From Mobula hypostoma (taxonomy: Eukaryota), in the NCBI RefSeq assembly GCF_963921235.1, contig NC_086107.1, positions 112,718,001 to 112,782,000 on the forward strand: a stretch of 64,000 nucleotides of DNA. Direction: 5' to 3'. The translations under genes were made by a program, and so were the position numbers. Below the pieces are notes generated by a model, which saw only the letters and a list, made by a program, of their open reading frames with translations, made no database searches and was not told where the DNA came from. Shown here piece by piece: positions 1 through 11,605 of this stretch (position 1 is its first letter; every line of letters begins with the position of its first letter).

Positions 1-998
1 CGGGACCCCAGTTGTTTACAATATCTATTAATGACTTGGATGAGGGAATTAAATGCAGCATCTCCAAGTTTGCGGATGACACGAAGCTGGGTGGCAGTGT
101 TAGCAGTGAGGAGGATGCTAAGAGGATGCAGAGTGACTTGGATAGGTTGGGTGAGTGGGCAAATTCATGGCAGATGCAATTTAATGTGGATAAATGTGAA
201 GTTATCCACTTTGGTGGCAAAAATAGGAAAACAGATTATTATCTGAATGGTGGCCGATTAGGAAAAGGGGAGGTGCAACGAGACCTGGGTGTCATTATAC
301 ACCAGTCATTGAAAGTGGGCATGCAGGTACAGCAGGCGGTGAAAAAGGCGAATGGTATGCTGGCATTTATAGCGAGAGGATTCGAGTACAGGAGCAGGGA
401 GGTACTACTGCAGTTGTACAAGGCCTTGGTGAGACCACACCTGGAGTATTGTGTGCAGTTTTGGTCCCCTAATCTGAGGAAAGACATCCTTGCCATAGAG
501 GGAGTACAAAGAAGGTTCACCAGATTGATTCCTGGGATGGCAGGACTTTCATATGAAGAAAGACTGGATGAACTGGGCTTGTACTCGTTGGAATTTAGAA
601 GATTGAGGGGGGATCTGATTGAAACGTATAAAATCCTAAAGGGATTGGACAGGCTAGATGCAGGAAGATTGTTCCCGATGTTGGGGAAGTCCAGAACGAG
701 GGGTCACAGTTTGAGGATAAAGGGGAAGCCTTTTAGGACCGAGATTAGGAAAAACTTCTTCACACAGAGAGTGGTGAATCTGTGGAATTCTCTGCCACAG
801 TAAACAGTTGAGGCCAGTTCATTGGCTATATTTAAGAGGGAGTTAGATATGGCCCTTGTGGCTACGGGGATCAGGGGGTATGGAGGGAAGGCTGGGGCGG
901 GGTTCTGAGTTGGATGATCAGCCATGATCATAATAAATGGCGGTGCAGGCTCAAAGGGCCGAATGGCCTACTCCTGCACCTATTTTCTATGTTTCTAT
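1..998 (+). mobile_element. CR1 LINE 3' portion (young subfamily A), RT C-terminus and 3' UTR
   Basis: ORF 12..803 has FADDTK, QFNVDKCEVIHFG and RPHLEYCVQFWSP. Premature TAA at 801-803 where sister copies have GAA. Ends in a (TTTCTATG)n tail. Confidence 0.95.
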
Positions 999-1565
999 GT
1001 TAACTCTTAAAGTTGGTCATCTCCTCCCTCACCTCCATTCGGGTCCCCAGGTGAGGCAACACTTCACCATGAATCTGCTGGGGTCATCTATTGTGTCCGC
1101 TGCTCCTGATGCAGCCTCCTCTACATTCGGAGACCTGTTGTAAATTGGGGGTCTGCTTCGTTGAGCACCTCTGCACAATCCACCACAAGTGGGCTGTCCC
1201 GGTGGCCAAACATTTTAATTCCGATTCCCATCTCCATTCCGAAGCGTCAGTCCATGGCCTCCTCTTGTGCCAAGATGAGGCCACCCTCAGGGTGGAGCAA
1301 CGTCTTATATTCTGTCTGGGTAGCCTCCAACTCGATGGCATGAATATAGATTTCTCCTTCCGGTCAGCAAATTCTCCCCCACCCTCCTCTAATTTCCCCC
1401 CCGACCTTTTACCTCTCCTCACCTGCCTATTACTTCCCCCTGGATCCCCTCCTCCTCCTCCTTTCTCCTACAGTCCACTATCCTTTCCTATCAGATCCTT
1501 CCTTCTCCAGCCCTTGACTCTCCTGTCTTCAGCTATCACCTTCCAGCTGGCCTCCTTCCTCTACC

Positions 1566-2749
1566 ATCTGCTCTCAGGATGAGGCTTTTCATTCTAGGAC
1601 GAGGGAGATGTCTTCCTTTTTTAAAGAAAGGGGCTTCCCTTCCTCCACTATCAACTCTGCTCTTAAACGCATCTCCCCCATTTCACGTACATCTGCTCTC
1701 ACTCCATCCTCCCGCCACCCCACTAGGGATAGGGTTTGCCTGGAATAGGGTTTGCCTGGTCCTCACCTACCACCCCACCAGCCTCCGGGTCCAACATATT
1801 ATTCTCCGTAACTTCCGCCACCTCCAACGGGATCCCACCACTAAGCACATCTTTCCCTCCCCCCCCCGCATTCCGCAGGGATCGCTCCCTATGCAACTCC
1901 CTTGTCCATTCGTCCCCCCCATCCCTCCCCACTGATCTTCCTCCTGGCACTTATCCGTGTAAGCGGAACAATTGCTACACATGCCCTTACACTTCCTCCC
2001 TTACCACCATTCAGGGCCCCAAACAGTCCTTCCAGGTGAGGCATCACTTCACCTGTGAGTCGACTGGGGTGATATACTGCATCCGGTGCTCCCGATGTGG
2101 CCTTTTATATATTGGCGAGACCCGACGCAGACTGGGAGACCGCTTTGCTGAACACCTACGCTCTGTCCGCCAGAGAAAGCAGGATCTCCCAGTGGCCACA
2201 CATTTTAATTCCACGTCCCATTCTGATATGTCTATCCATGGCCTCCTCTACTGTAAAGATGAAGCCACATTCAGGTTGGAGGAACAACACCTTATATTCC
2301 GTCTGCGTAGCCTCCAACCTGATGGCATGAACATTGACTTCTCTAACTTCCGCTAATGCCCCACCTCCCCCTCGTACCCCATCTGTTACTCATTTTTATA
2401 CACACATTCTTTCTCTCACTCTCCTTTTTCTCCCTCTGTCCCTCTGAATATACCTCTTGCCCATCCTCTGGGTCCCCCCCGCCCCTTGTCTTTCTTCCCG
2501 GACCTCCTATCCCATGATCCTCTCATATCCCTTTTGCCTATCACCTGTCCAGCTCTTGGCTCCATCCCTCCCCCTCCTGTCTTCTCCTATCATTTTGGAT
2601 CTCCCCCTCCCCCTCCAACTTTCAAATCTCTTACTCACTCTTCCTACAGTTAGTCCTGACGAAGGGTCTCGGCCTGAAACGTCAACTGTACCTCTTCCTA
2701 GAGATGCTGCCTGGCCTGCTGTGTTCACCAGCAACGTTTATGTGTGTTG
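1566..2749 (+). mobile_element. Penelope-like retroelement 3' part (Neptune-type Cys linker + GIY-YIG endonuclease + pLTR)
   Basis: ORF 1736..2356 contains CKRNNCYTC and GVIYCIRCSRCGLLYIGETRRRLGDRFAEH. Flanked by a 14-bp duplication CTCCTTCC(T/C)CTACC at 1552-1565 and 2750-2763. Confidence 0.9.
2647..2689 (+). ncRNA. Minimal type I hammerhead ribozyme motif in Penelope pLTR
   Basis: CTGACGA core at 2656-2662, helix II AGGGTCTCGGCCT, then GAAAC-GTC at 2676-2683, with flanking CAGTT/AACTG helix I. Matches the minimal hammerheads known from Penelope-like elements. Confidence 0.75.
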
Positions 2750-3164
2750 CTCCTTCCCCTACCCCCTCCTTTTAATTCTGACATCTTACCCCTTCCTTCT
2801 CAGTCCTGATGAAGGATCTCGGCCCGAAAAGTCAACTGTTTATTCATTTCCATCGACGCTGCCTGACCTGCTGAGTTCCCACAGCATCTTGTGCGTGCTC
2901 CTCAAAATAGTTTTTGTTTCTGATGAACAGAGGTGTCAACCCTTGCTTCTCCCTTCATAAATGCTGCTGATACTTCTAGCACTTTCCGTGTCTGCATTTG
3001 CAGTTTTCTGATTTTTAAATAAGATTTTGCTGAGTATCCTACGATTTGCCTCAGAATTGTCCCACCGTCTGTAAGGCAGGAGTTGGAGATTTTAAACACC
3101 TATAGTGGAATGAAGTGAACCAGTTCAATGTTCCACTGGAGTTTACTGCATTAATTCTGTGAAA

Positions 3165-3415
3165 GTTAGATGTGAGGGGAAAGATTTTTACACAGAGAAT
3201 GATGGGTGCCTGTAACGCACTACCTGCGTCGGTGGTACATTAGGGATTTTTAAGAGATGTTCAGATAGGTACATGAACGTGAGGTAAGTGGAAGGATATT
3301 GACATCGTGTAGGCATTAGGGATTAGTTTAGTTGGCCATTTGATTGCTAATTTAATTGGTTTGGCACAACATTATGGGCCGAAGGGCCTGTTCCTGTGCT
3401 GTACTGCTCTATGTG
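3165..3415 (+). mobile_element. Degenerate CR1 3' end
   Basis: FFTQR-like coding remnant and GGGCCGAAGGGCCTGTTCCTGTGCTGTAC 3' terminus. Confidence 0.65.
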
Positions 3416-3440
3416 CTAAAACTGCCCATTTGACTTTCAG

Positions 3441-3562
3441 CTCCCGTTCTCTGTGATTGGCTCTCTAAATGGAGTGCACATGTTTGGCAGTAACCAGGAT
3501 GTTCTACTGACTAGTACCTGCACTGACAACACCAGGGTCTGTTGGAGAGTCTTCCGGGACAG
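3441..3562 (+). CDS. FUZ: FUZ coding exon 2 (LPFSVIGSLNGVHMFGSNQDVLLTSTCTDNTRVCWRVFRD-S)
   Basis: tttcag acceptor, gtgagg donor, 122 nt. LPFSVIGSLNGVHMFG is the conserved N-terminal FUZ motif. Confidence 0.96.
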
Positions 3563-3859
3563 GTGAGGTGTGAGGACGATCACTGGCCTTGGCTCATCCT
3601 CTTCAGATTTGAAATATAAAATTATGTTGTGCAGGGAGGTGTGACAAGAGCATCTCAGTTAAGCATGTTGAGTCAAAATATATGGGAGGTGGCAAGGGGG
3701 AGCTAGATTTTGTTTTGTTCCCTGAACATTTAACCTTTTTAGGGGAAAAAAATTATTTTAGTAACTGTCCCTGGATTTAGATTTAGTCTATGCATGGTGC
3801 CCTCCCTGCCTAATTTTGACTTTTACACCCTACCTGCTCCACTCATGGCCTTCACATCG

Positions 3860-4580
3860 CTGACACAGTAGTAGAAACTGCGAGAAGTTTCAGGCTCCTG
3901 AGAGTACACATCTCTCACGGTCCCAGAACACATCCTCCACAGTCAAGAAAGCTAATCAACTCCTCTACTTTCCGAGGAGACTGAAGGGAGCTGCACTGTG
4001 CCATTAGTACTCACGATCTTCTACAGGTGCGCAGTGGAGATCGTCTTAATGTGGTACATCGCGGTGTGGTATGGAAACTGCACCACAGCCAACAGGAGGG
4101 CTCTGCAACGAGCAGTTCAGAACTGTCCAACGCATACCCGGCACCAGCCTCCCCACCATCAAGGATATATATACGGAAAAGTGCCGGAGAAAGATCAGCA
4201 GTATCATGAAGGATCCCACCAACCCTGCTCATGGATTGTTTGTTCCACTTTGATCAGGGAGCAGGCTGTGCAGCATCTACGCCAAGACCACCAGACTCAA
4301 AACCAGTTACTTCCCCCAAGGCGTCAGCCTGATCGTCAACCTCACCCATTAATCTAGCCCTCCACCACGACATACACATTAGCCACTCCTCTCCACAGCC
4401 CCTCAGCACCCTGCATGCCACCATACACTGCAACTTTATGGTTACTTATACTTGGTGTTTCATAGGATTGCTTTTATATTTATTGTCTTTTTTTTTATGC
4501 TGCATCGGATCCAGAGTAACTATCATTTAATTCTCCTTTACACTTGCGTGCTGAAGAATGACAATAAGCAATCTTGAATT
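3860..4580 (+). mobile_element. Rex1/Babar-like (L2-group) LINE 3' fragment
   Basis: FYRCAVE...WYGNCT...RRALQR and KDPTNPAHGLF remnants; GACAATAAGCAATCTTGAAT tail. Confidence 0.75.
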
Positions 4581-4724
4581 ATTTTAGCAGAACATTCTAC
4601 CTGATACCGTAGCTCCTCTCCCTCTCTGGAAATCCATGTGAAGCTTAAAGAACTTAAAATATTTTTAAAAATCCCAATTATTGACTGTTATTATTAACTT
4701 AAAAAGCAAAAGAACTGCTCAGTT

Positions 4725-4940
4725 ACTTAGCCCCATCACTCCTACTGGTGCCACCAACAGCTGCTCGCCAGAGTCCTCTATATCCTGGGCCAAGTTATTC
4801 CAGGTGTAGCCTGTCTTCCCCTTCCTCTCCCTTTGGAGCTCCTGTTGGTGTTTCTGTATGGGTTTTTTACAGAACGGGATTGCTAGCCCTATGCCCAACC
4901 CTCCTCCTTTTGCAGCCGGGCTAGGGACCGTCCATGCAGA
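4725..4940 (-). mobile_element. Degenerate RTE-related short element
   Basis: GCTAGCCCTATGCCCAACCCTCCTCCTTT...GGGCTAGGGACCG segment resembles RTE-family 5' UTR sequence. Pattern recognition only. Confidence 0.4.
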
Positions 4941-5124
4941 CGCTGGAAATACTGAGCATATCGAGCAGCAGACGATCTTCCATCAGCAACAAGAAGTTAG
5001 AAGCCAAACACTTCAAGTTCCAGAGAAAAAGGGGAGGTGTGGAGAGAACAAAAGGAATGTGTGAATAGTGTAGGGACTGAGTGGTGGCAGTGGATTGTTA
5101 ACTGTAGCTAATTTGTCTGAAGAA

Positions 5125-5555
5125 AATCAGAATCAGTAATGTCACTGGCATACGTCATGAAACGTGTCGTCTTTGCAGCAGTAGTATAATACATTACATA
5201 ATGATGGTGAAAAAATTGTGAATTACAGTAAGTATATGCAGTGCAAAAGTAAAGTAGTGTTCATGGGTTCAATGTCCATTCAGAAATTGGATGACAGAGG
5301 GGTAGAAGTTGTTGCTGAATCACTGAGTGTATGCCTTCAGACTTCTGTACCTTCTTCGTGACGGTAGCATTGAAAACAGGGCGTGTCCTGGATGATGAGT
5401 GTCCTTCATAATGGATGCCGCCTTCTTGAGGCATTGCTCCTTGAAGATTTCCTGGATACTACAGAGGCTAGAGCCCATTATGGAGTTGACTAAGTTTATA
5501 ACTCTCTGCAGCTTATTTCGATCCTGTGCAGTGAACCCCCCCCACCCCCTTACCA
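5125..5555 (-). mobile_element. Rex/L2-type LINE 3' fragment
   Basis: (AATCAG)n tail and antisense remnant of IMKDTHHPGHALFS; the same tail occurs at 13633 and 32705. Confidence 0.7.
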
Positions 5556-5629
5556 GAGATGAATGTGAATGAAGGAAAGATGGGAGGAAATGCTAGATCT
5601 GTGAGATACAGAATATTGATACTGGAAAT

Positions 5630-6600
5630 GTGAAAAAAGGAGAACGCTGGAAATACTTAATAGATCAGGCAGCATCTATGGAGAAAGAAAATGAAGGTAA
5701 CATTACTTTTGGTCTTTCATCAGACCTGGGCGATCCTGATTCAAAGCAGAAAGTCAGGATACCTGTAATGATCAAATTCAACACTTGATTTTTGAGGGCT
5801 ACAAAAAGTGGAGTCAGAAGATGAGATGCTATGCCTCTAAACTTTTTGGACTTTGTTGGAACAATGAATTGGAATGGAGAGTTAAATTGCTAAGCACCTG
5901 GAAGTTCACACTTGTGGGTTGAATAGAACTGTTGTAAGTTATGGGTGTCAGTAAATGCTCAGTGGTTGACTGTCCTTTGCCTCTGTGTTGGGAGGTGTGA
6001 CTTTAACTCCTACTTCAGAAACATGAGCGGCCTCTTCTACTGCCATGATGAGGCCAAACTCAGGTTGGAAGAGCAACATCTCATATTCCATCTGGGTAGC
6101 ATCCACGTTGATGGCTCCACAAGGCAGTTCTCTCAATCTGGTGCGACCTCCTCTGCATCGGTGAAACCTGACACGGATTGAGAGAACTGCCTTGTGGAGC
6201 ACCTTTATTCTGTCTTTTGCAAAAGGCAGGATATCCCAGTGGCTATCCATTTGAATTTGACTCAACTTTCTCATTCTGACATTTCTGTCCACAGCCTCTT
6301 CTACTGCCATGATGAGGCCAAACTCAGGTTGGAAGAGCAACACCTCATATTCCATCTGGGTAGCATCCATATTGATGGCATAAACATCAATTTCTCTAAC
6401 TCCAGAAATTTCGACCCCCTTCCGTCCTTACTTTGCATTCCTCATTCTGGGTACCTTCTCACCCTTTCTCCTCACCTGCTCATCACCTCTCTCTGGTTCA
6501 GCTCCTCCTTCCTTTTATTCCATGGTCTACTATCCTATCCTATTAGATGTCTTCTTCTTCAGCCCTTTACCTTTTGACCTCCCAGCTTCTCACTTCATCC
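5630..6600. mobile_element. Rearranged Penelope-like fragments (antisense pLTR piece, then sense GIY-YIG C-terminus with internal duplication)
   Basis: ORFs 5945..6181 and 6194..6577 both carry LFYCHDEAKLRLEEQHLIFHLGSIH. Confidence 0.75.
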
Positions 6601-7039
6601 CCCTGTTATGTTCAGTAGGTCTTCTAAGTCTACAGTAACAGATTACAACAAACTCAGAGTGGATCAAATTATAAGCATGTTTATTCCTTGCAAAGAAAAG
6701 TCTACCTCTGTTCATTACGTCCATTACTTGGTAAGTAGCTTTAATCATACAACTCAAAACAGATTTTTTATATGCTTACAGAATCCAGTAATTCATCAAC
6801 TTCATGTCTTTGAGGTTGTTTCATCAGTTAATTGCAATCCTTCCTTATTTACATTCGTCTTAAATGAGTTGCATTTGTCTTTGAAGCTTCTTCCCTCCCC
6901 CGCCATAAATCACACCCCCTCTTGTAAGCTTCCTATCAACGAACCAGCAAAGCACGTTGGGATTACACAAGTTCCATTTTGGCACATTACACTTTACAGA
7001 AGTTATAAATTCATAAAGACTTCAGGGTTACAGATATTT

Positions 7040-7285
7040 TTCTACCCCCCCCACCCACCTTTCCCCTCACCTGGTCTAACCCATGACCTGTCAGCTTGTA
7101 TTCCTTCCCCTCTCTCCACCTTCTTATTCTGGCTTCTGTCTCCCTCAATTTCTAGTCCTGTTGAAGGGTCACAGCTGAAACGTCGATTGTTTATTTCCCT
7201 CCGTAGATATTGTGTGACTTGCTGAGTTCCACCAGTATTTTGTGTGTCTTGCTCAAGTTTTCCAGCATCTGCAGAATCTCTTCAG
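7040..7285 (+). mobile_element. Penelope pLTR remnant with decayed hammerhead
   Basis: AGTCCTGTTGAAGGGTCACAGCTGAAACGTCG followed by the GCTGAGTTCCACCAG...TCCAGCATCTGCAG tail. Confidence 0.7.
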
Positions 7286-8141
7286 TTTATGTCCAGTAAT
7301 GATACCTAGTTTACGACAGGACATGTATAGTCAGATTCACACTTGTCTCCCTTTTTTTTAAAGAAAAGGATGTGCATTTCAGCAAACCCTGTTAATAGAC
7401 ATTCTTGGTCGTTACAAAGCTCTTCACAGTCAAATAAGTCCTTTTTTTGGTAAGTGTCTACTGATGTTATGGAGATGCTGTGGTCACTTTGCTCAGAGCA
7501 AATCCAGCATTGTGCTGATGACCTAGTCCATCTTAATGACCTCAGCTGTAGCATAAGTAATGGCCGGGATACTAGGGATAACTCTCTGACTCTTGAGAAT
7601 ATCGCTATGGGGCCCAGTAGAGAGGGAAGAGGCATGTTTGAACATCATGTCCTAAGCTCAGTACATAATATTGCAACCTAGATTTATATGTTTATGTCTT
7701 GAACCCACAAATTTTTGACTAGTGCCAATGGCCATGGGCACAGTTGTCAGTGTACATCTCAGTGCCCCTATGGGGAGAAAAGAGTCAAGAACTGCTGCTG
7801 TTCCTTATTGCTGACTACTGACTCTGCTGCAGCCTGTGTCTCCTACGTGAACATGGCTTTGCACTCTCCCACAGGTGTTCACGTGAAGGTCTGGTTTCTG
7901 GGGGGGTGGGGGAGTAGGTGGAGGAAAGGTGATTGTGTCTTGAGAAGTGGCGAGGAAGGTGATATTTTTAAGTTGTTAATAATTGTGTTGTTAAAACGTA
8001 TTTTATTTTCACACAGCACTCAGTGATTGCATTCCAGATACACAATAGTGACCCCTCGGTGTGGCTGTGCTTGTGCTTTAAAAATATACCTGGAAAAGTT
8101 AGTCCATACTGTGCTAACAGCTTGTTTCCATGGTTACGCAG

Positions 8142-8226
8142 CATCACACTCATCGTCATGAGCTCTGAGGAAGATGCCAGTGACCTTTACCTCAGCCGCC
8201 TGTTAGACAACGTGTTCAGTGCCATG
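8142..8226 (+). CDS. FUZ: FUZ coding exon 3 (S-ITLIVMSSEEDASDLYLSRLLDNVFSAM)
   Basis: acgcag acceptor, gtgagt donor, 85 nt, phase compatible with exon 2. Resembles human ITLIVLSSE...VFGAM. Confidence 0.95.
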
Positions 8227-9949
8227 GTGAGTCTACAAAGCAACACGTTAGTTAGATTAGCAGTATTTTTATTAGCCACACGTGCAGGTGCTACTGTTGC
8301 AATCGCAGGCAGGTAAGAAGCCGTCCTCTAGTCACAGCCTTCTGTCAGGTGCCAGCTTCCACTTGGCTGATCTGTCAGATGGACAATAGCGTTGCCATTA
8401 GTTCCAGAGCTGTGGAAAATCAGGGGGCTGCTGCACTCTGGGCTCAATTGGCAGAGCTCTCTTTGTTTTCCCCCATACACCCAACTACAGCCCCTCATAT
8501 TTTACCACTCATCCACAAACTAGGGACAATTGCAGTGAGTAAATGCCAATCCACCTCCTTTGGGACGTAGGAGAAAACTTTCGTGGTCACAGGGAGAGCA
8601 TACAAACTCCACACAGTCAGTACTGGAGGTTAGTATTGAACCCAGATCTCTGGAGCGGTGAGTTAGTAGCTTCACCAGCTGCGTTAATCAGTATTGACGC
8701 TCCCAGTGCACTCCTGAGGCAATGCTGCAAGATCAAACCGAAGTTCAAGTTTATTGTCAATCAACCAAATGAGACAACGTTCCTCTGGACCAAGGCACAT
8801 ATAACTCTCACACTTAACATATAAAGTAATATTACCACAAATAACTTAACAAATAAGATGCACATACGATACAAATGGAAAAGTAACCAGTATAATACTA
8901 CTGGATCTTCATACATGATGAGACCTGGGTGGTGGCAGAGAGTTCAGTGTCTTAACGGCCTGGGGGCAGAAGCTGTTTCCCATCTGATTTGTCCAAGATA
9001 TTTCAAGGTCTTCCCTCTCAGGTGGGTGGGAAAGATCCCATGGCACATTTGCGAAGAGAGCAAGAAATTCACCAAGAACCTTTACCCATCCTTCGACCGC
9101 AGAACTAAGAAATAATTTTCTAATCATCCTTATTTTGCTGTCTGTGAGAGCTGTGTGCAAATTGCCTTTCCTATATCACCACTGCGATCGCAGTTTATTG
9201 GCTGTAAAGTGCTTTGGGGTGACTTGAGGTAGCAAAGTTAAAGAAAAAGCACGTCTTCCCTCACTTTGAGTGTGGGATAATGACGTTTGTATGCACAGAT
9301 CTGCCAGTTCTGTAATGCCAACACCAGATGCCAGAAGTAGAAGGTGGTCTCTTTCACACCATAAACAACATTCACTCAGCAAAGGTCAAACATTAAACAG
9401 AAAATAATATTTGATGGGTGAGTTGATCCTCACAGGGTGTGGGTGATTGCTTTGACTGCCAGCTTATTAATTTTCTGTCCCAATTCTCTCTTGATAGTCA
9501 AAAATGCCGTGCTTGTGTTCATACCTTTTCAAGACTTCACCCTTTCCATCCTGTGGATTCTGTCCCAAATGTACTGTGTGTAATTTAAATGGTACAAAGG
9601 TAAAATATTATCATGCTGAAAATTGGAAATAAATAGAAAAATGCTGGATTATCGAGCAAGTCAGACAGCAATAGATCTGATGTTTTTTTACAGCCTTTCA
9701 TCAGAACTGTTCAAATTATAAATCAGTAACCTGAGGTTTCAGCTCTGTTTCTCTCTCTGCGGATGCTGTCTGACCTTTTGTCTGTTTCCAGGATTTGTTG
9801 ATTTTTATTTTATTTAATAGGTATTGAGTTGGAAGCAGGACCAAATAGTCATGGGGATGCATTTTCCCTTTTATTTTAAGAGTAAGTAGATGAGGCCGTA
9901 AAGAAAAGTTCCCAGGACAGATAGTTATTTTAATTTTATTTTAAGTTTA

Positions 9950-10530
9950 TATTTTATACTTTATTGTCGCCAAACAATTGATACTAGAATGTACAATCAT
10001 CATAGCGATATTTGATTCTGCGCTTCGCGCTCCCTGGATTACAAATCGATAGTAAATATTAAAAATTTAAATTATAAATCATAAATAGAAAATAGAAAAA
10101 TGGAAAGTAAGGTAGTGCAAAAAAACCGAGATGCAGGTCCGGATATTTGGAGGGTACAGCCCAGATCCGGGTCAGGATCCGTTCAGCAGTCTTATCGCAG
10201 TTGGAAAGAAGCTGTTCCCAAATCTGGCCGTACTAGTCTTCAAGCTCCTGAGCCTTCTCCCGGAGGGAAGAGGGACGAAAAGTGTGTTGGCTGGGTGGGT
10301 CGTGTCCTTGATTATCCTGGCAGCACTGCTCCGACAGCGTGCGGTGTAAAGTGAATCCACGGACGGAAGATTGGTTTGTGTGATGTGCTGGGCCGTGTTC
10401 ACGATCTTCTGCAGCTTCTTCCGGTCTTGGACAGGACAACTTCCATACCAGGTTGTGATGCACCCTAGAAGAATGCTTTCTACGGTGCATCTATAAAAAT
10501 TAGTGAGGGTTTTAGGGGACAGGCCAAATT
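9950..10530 (-). mobile_element. Rex1/Babar-like LINE 3' fragment (relatively young)
   Basis: ORF 10172..10402: IIKDTTHPANTLFVPLPSGRRLRSLKTSTARFGNSFFPTAIRLLN. Minus-strand GACAATAAAG tail near 9960. Confidence 0.85.
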
Positions 10531-10554
10531 TCTTTTTGATTTAAATTTAATTTG

Positions 10555-11030
10555 AATTTTATTTAGAGATATACCACAGTAGAAGGACCTTCTGGCCCAA
10601 TAAGCCTACGCTGTCCAGTTACACCCATGTAGCCAACTAACCTACTAGCCTGTACATATTTGGACTGTGGGAGGAAACCAGAGCACCCGGACGAAACCCA
10701 CGCAGTCATGGGGAAAAAGTACAATCTCCCTACTGACAGCAGCAGAATTGAACCCTGGTCACTGGCACAGTAATAGTGTCAAGCTACCTGGTGACTGGCA
10801 CAGTAATAGTGTCAAGCTACCTGGTGACTGGCACAGTAATAGTGTTACACTACCTGGTGACTGGCACAGTAATAGTGTTACGCTACCTGGTCACTGGCAC
10901 AGTAATAGTGTTACGCTACCTGGTCACTGGCACAGTAATAGTGTTACACTACCTGGTGACTGGCACAGTAATAGTGTTACGCTACCTGGTCACTGGCACA
11001 GTAATAGTGTTACGCTACCATGCTGCCCCA
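10555..11030 (-). mobile_element. tRNA-derived SINE with internally amplified head
   Basis: B-box GGTTCAATTC on the minus strand near 10745-10755, SINE body GGTTTCCTCCCAC, and A-rich tail near 10555. Confidence 0.7.
10754..11019. repeat. 33-bp minisatellite, 8 copies
   Basis: Unit CCTGGT(C/G)ACTGGCACAGTAATAGTGT(CA/TA)NNCTA; ORF 10667..11059 shows an 11-aa period 8 times. Confidence 0.95.
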
Positions 11031-11296
11031 CTAGTTGGATTTATAACCAAAGAAAATAGTGGATTCTTCACTTAGACGTTCCTGGATTATGCATTAGGAA
11101 AGATGATGTGGTCAGGGGTGTGCTGCCTTGGGCCAGTTACTTCAGTTAAGTGGTGAGATTAGAGAAGACAGTATTGTTCATAGATGAGAAAGTTAGTGGG
11201 ATCTGGGATGGGGGAGACCCAGTGGACAGAGACTGATGAAGCATGTGGAAATAAGCTGTTTCCGGTGACCCTGGGTTAATATCCGAAAACAGAGAT

Positions 11297-11605
11297 TAAA
11301 TTAAAAGCATCCGTTAGTCTTGCAAGACCATGGATCTGCGCCTGGAAAGTCTTCACTCTCCAGGGCGCAGGCCTGGGCAAGGTTGTATGGAAGACCAGCA
11401 GTTGCCCATGCTGCGAGTCTCCCCTTTCCACAACACCAATGTTGTCCAAGGGAAGGGCATTAGGACCCATACAGTTTGGCACCAGTGTCGTCACAGAGCA
11501 CTGTGTGATTAAGTGCCTTGCTCAAGGACCCAACACATGTTGCCTCGGCTGGGGCTCGAACTCACGACCTTCAGGTCGCTAGTCCAATGCCTTAACCACT
11601 TGGCC
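11297..11605 (-). mobile_element. tRNA-derived SINE, complete, with 15-bp TSD
   Basis: Head GGCCAAGTGGTTAAGG...GAGTTCGAGCC (A and B boxes), CCTTGAGCAAGGCACTTAA core. TSD TCCGAAAACAGAGAT at 11282-11296 and 11606-11620. Confidence 0.9.

Larger units (their letters stand above)
1030..2900 (+). mobile_element. Older Penelope-like (GIY-YIG) element fragment, split by a younger Penelope insertion
   Basis: ORF 1091..1582 is a degenerate GIY-YIG C-terminus (PVAKHFNS...EQRLIFCLGSLQLDGMNIDFS). It resumes after 2750 with a pyrimidine-rich UTR and a degenerate hammerhead motif at 2806-2833. Confidence 0.8.

Noticed and set aside
6608..7225. 205-aa ORF as a host gene
   Set aside because: No recognisable motif; it runs into a Penelope remnant within a FUZ intron.
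10754..11019. CRISPR-like array or repeat protein (PGHWHSNSVTL)n
   Set aside because: Units are contiguous with no unique spacers, lie within a SINE in a vertebrate intron, and the ORF is a by-product of a 33-bp period.
11535..11605. tRNA gene
   Set aside because: The tRNA-like head continues into a SINE body and tail bounded by a 15-bp TSD; there is no complete cloverleaf.
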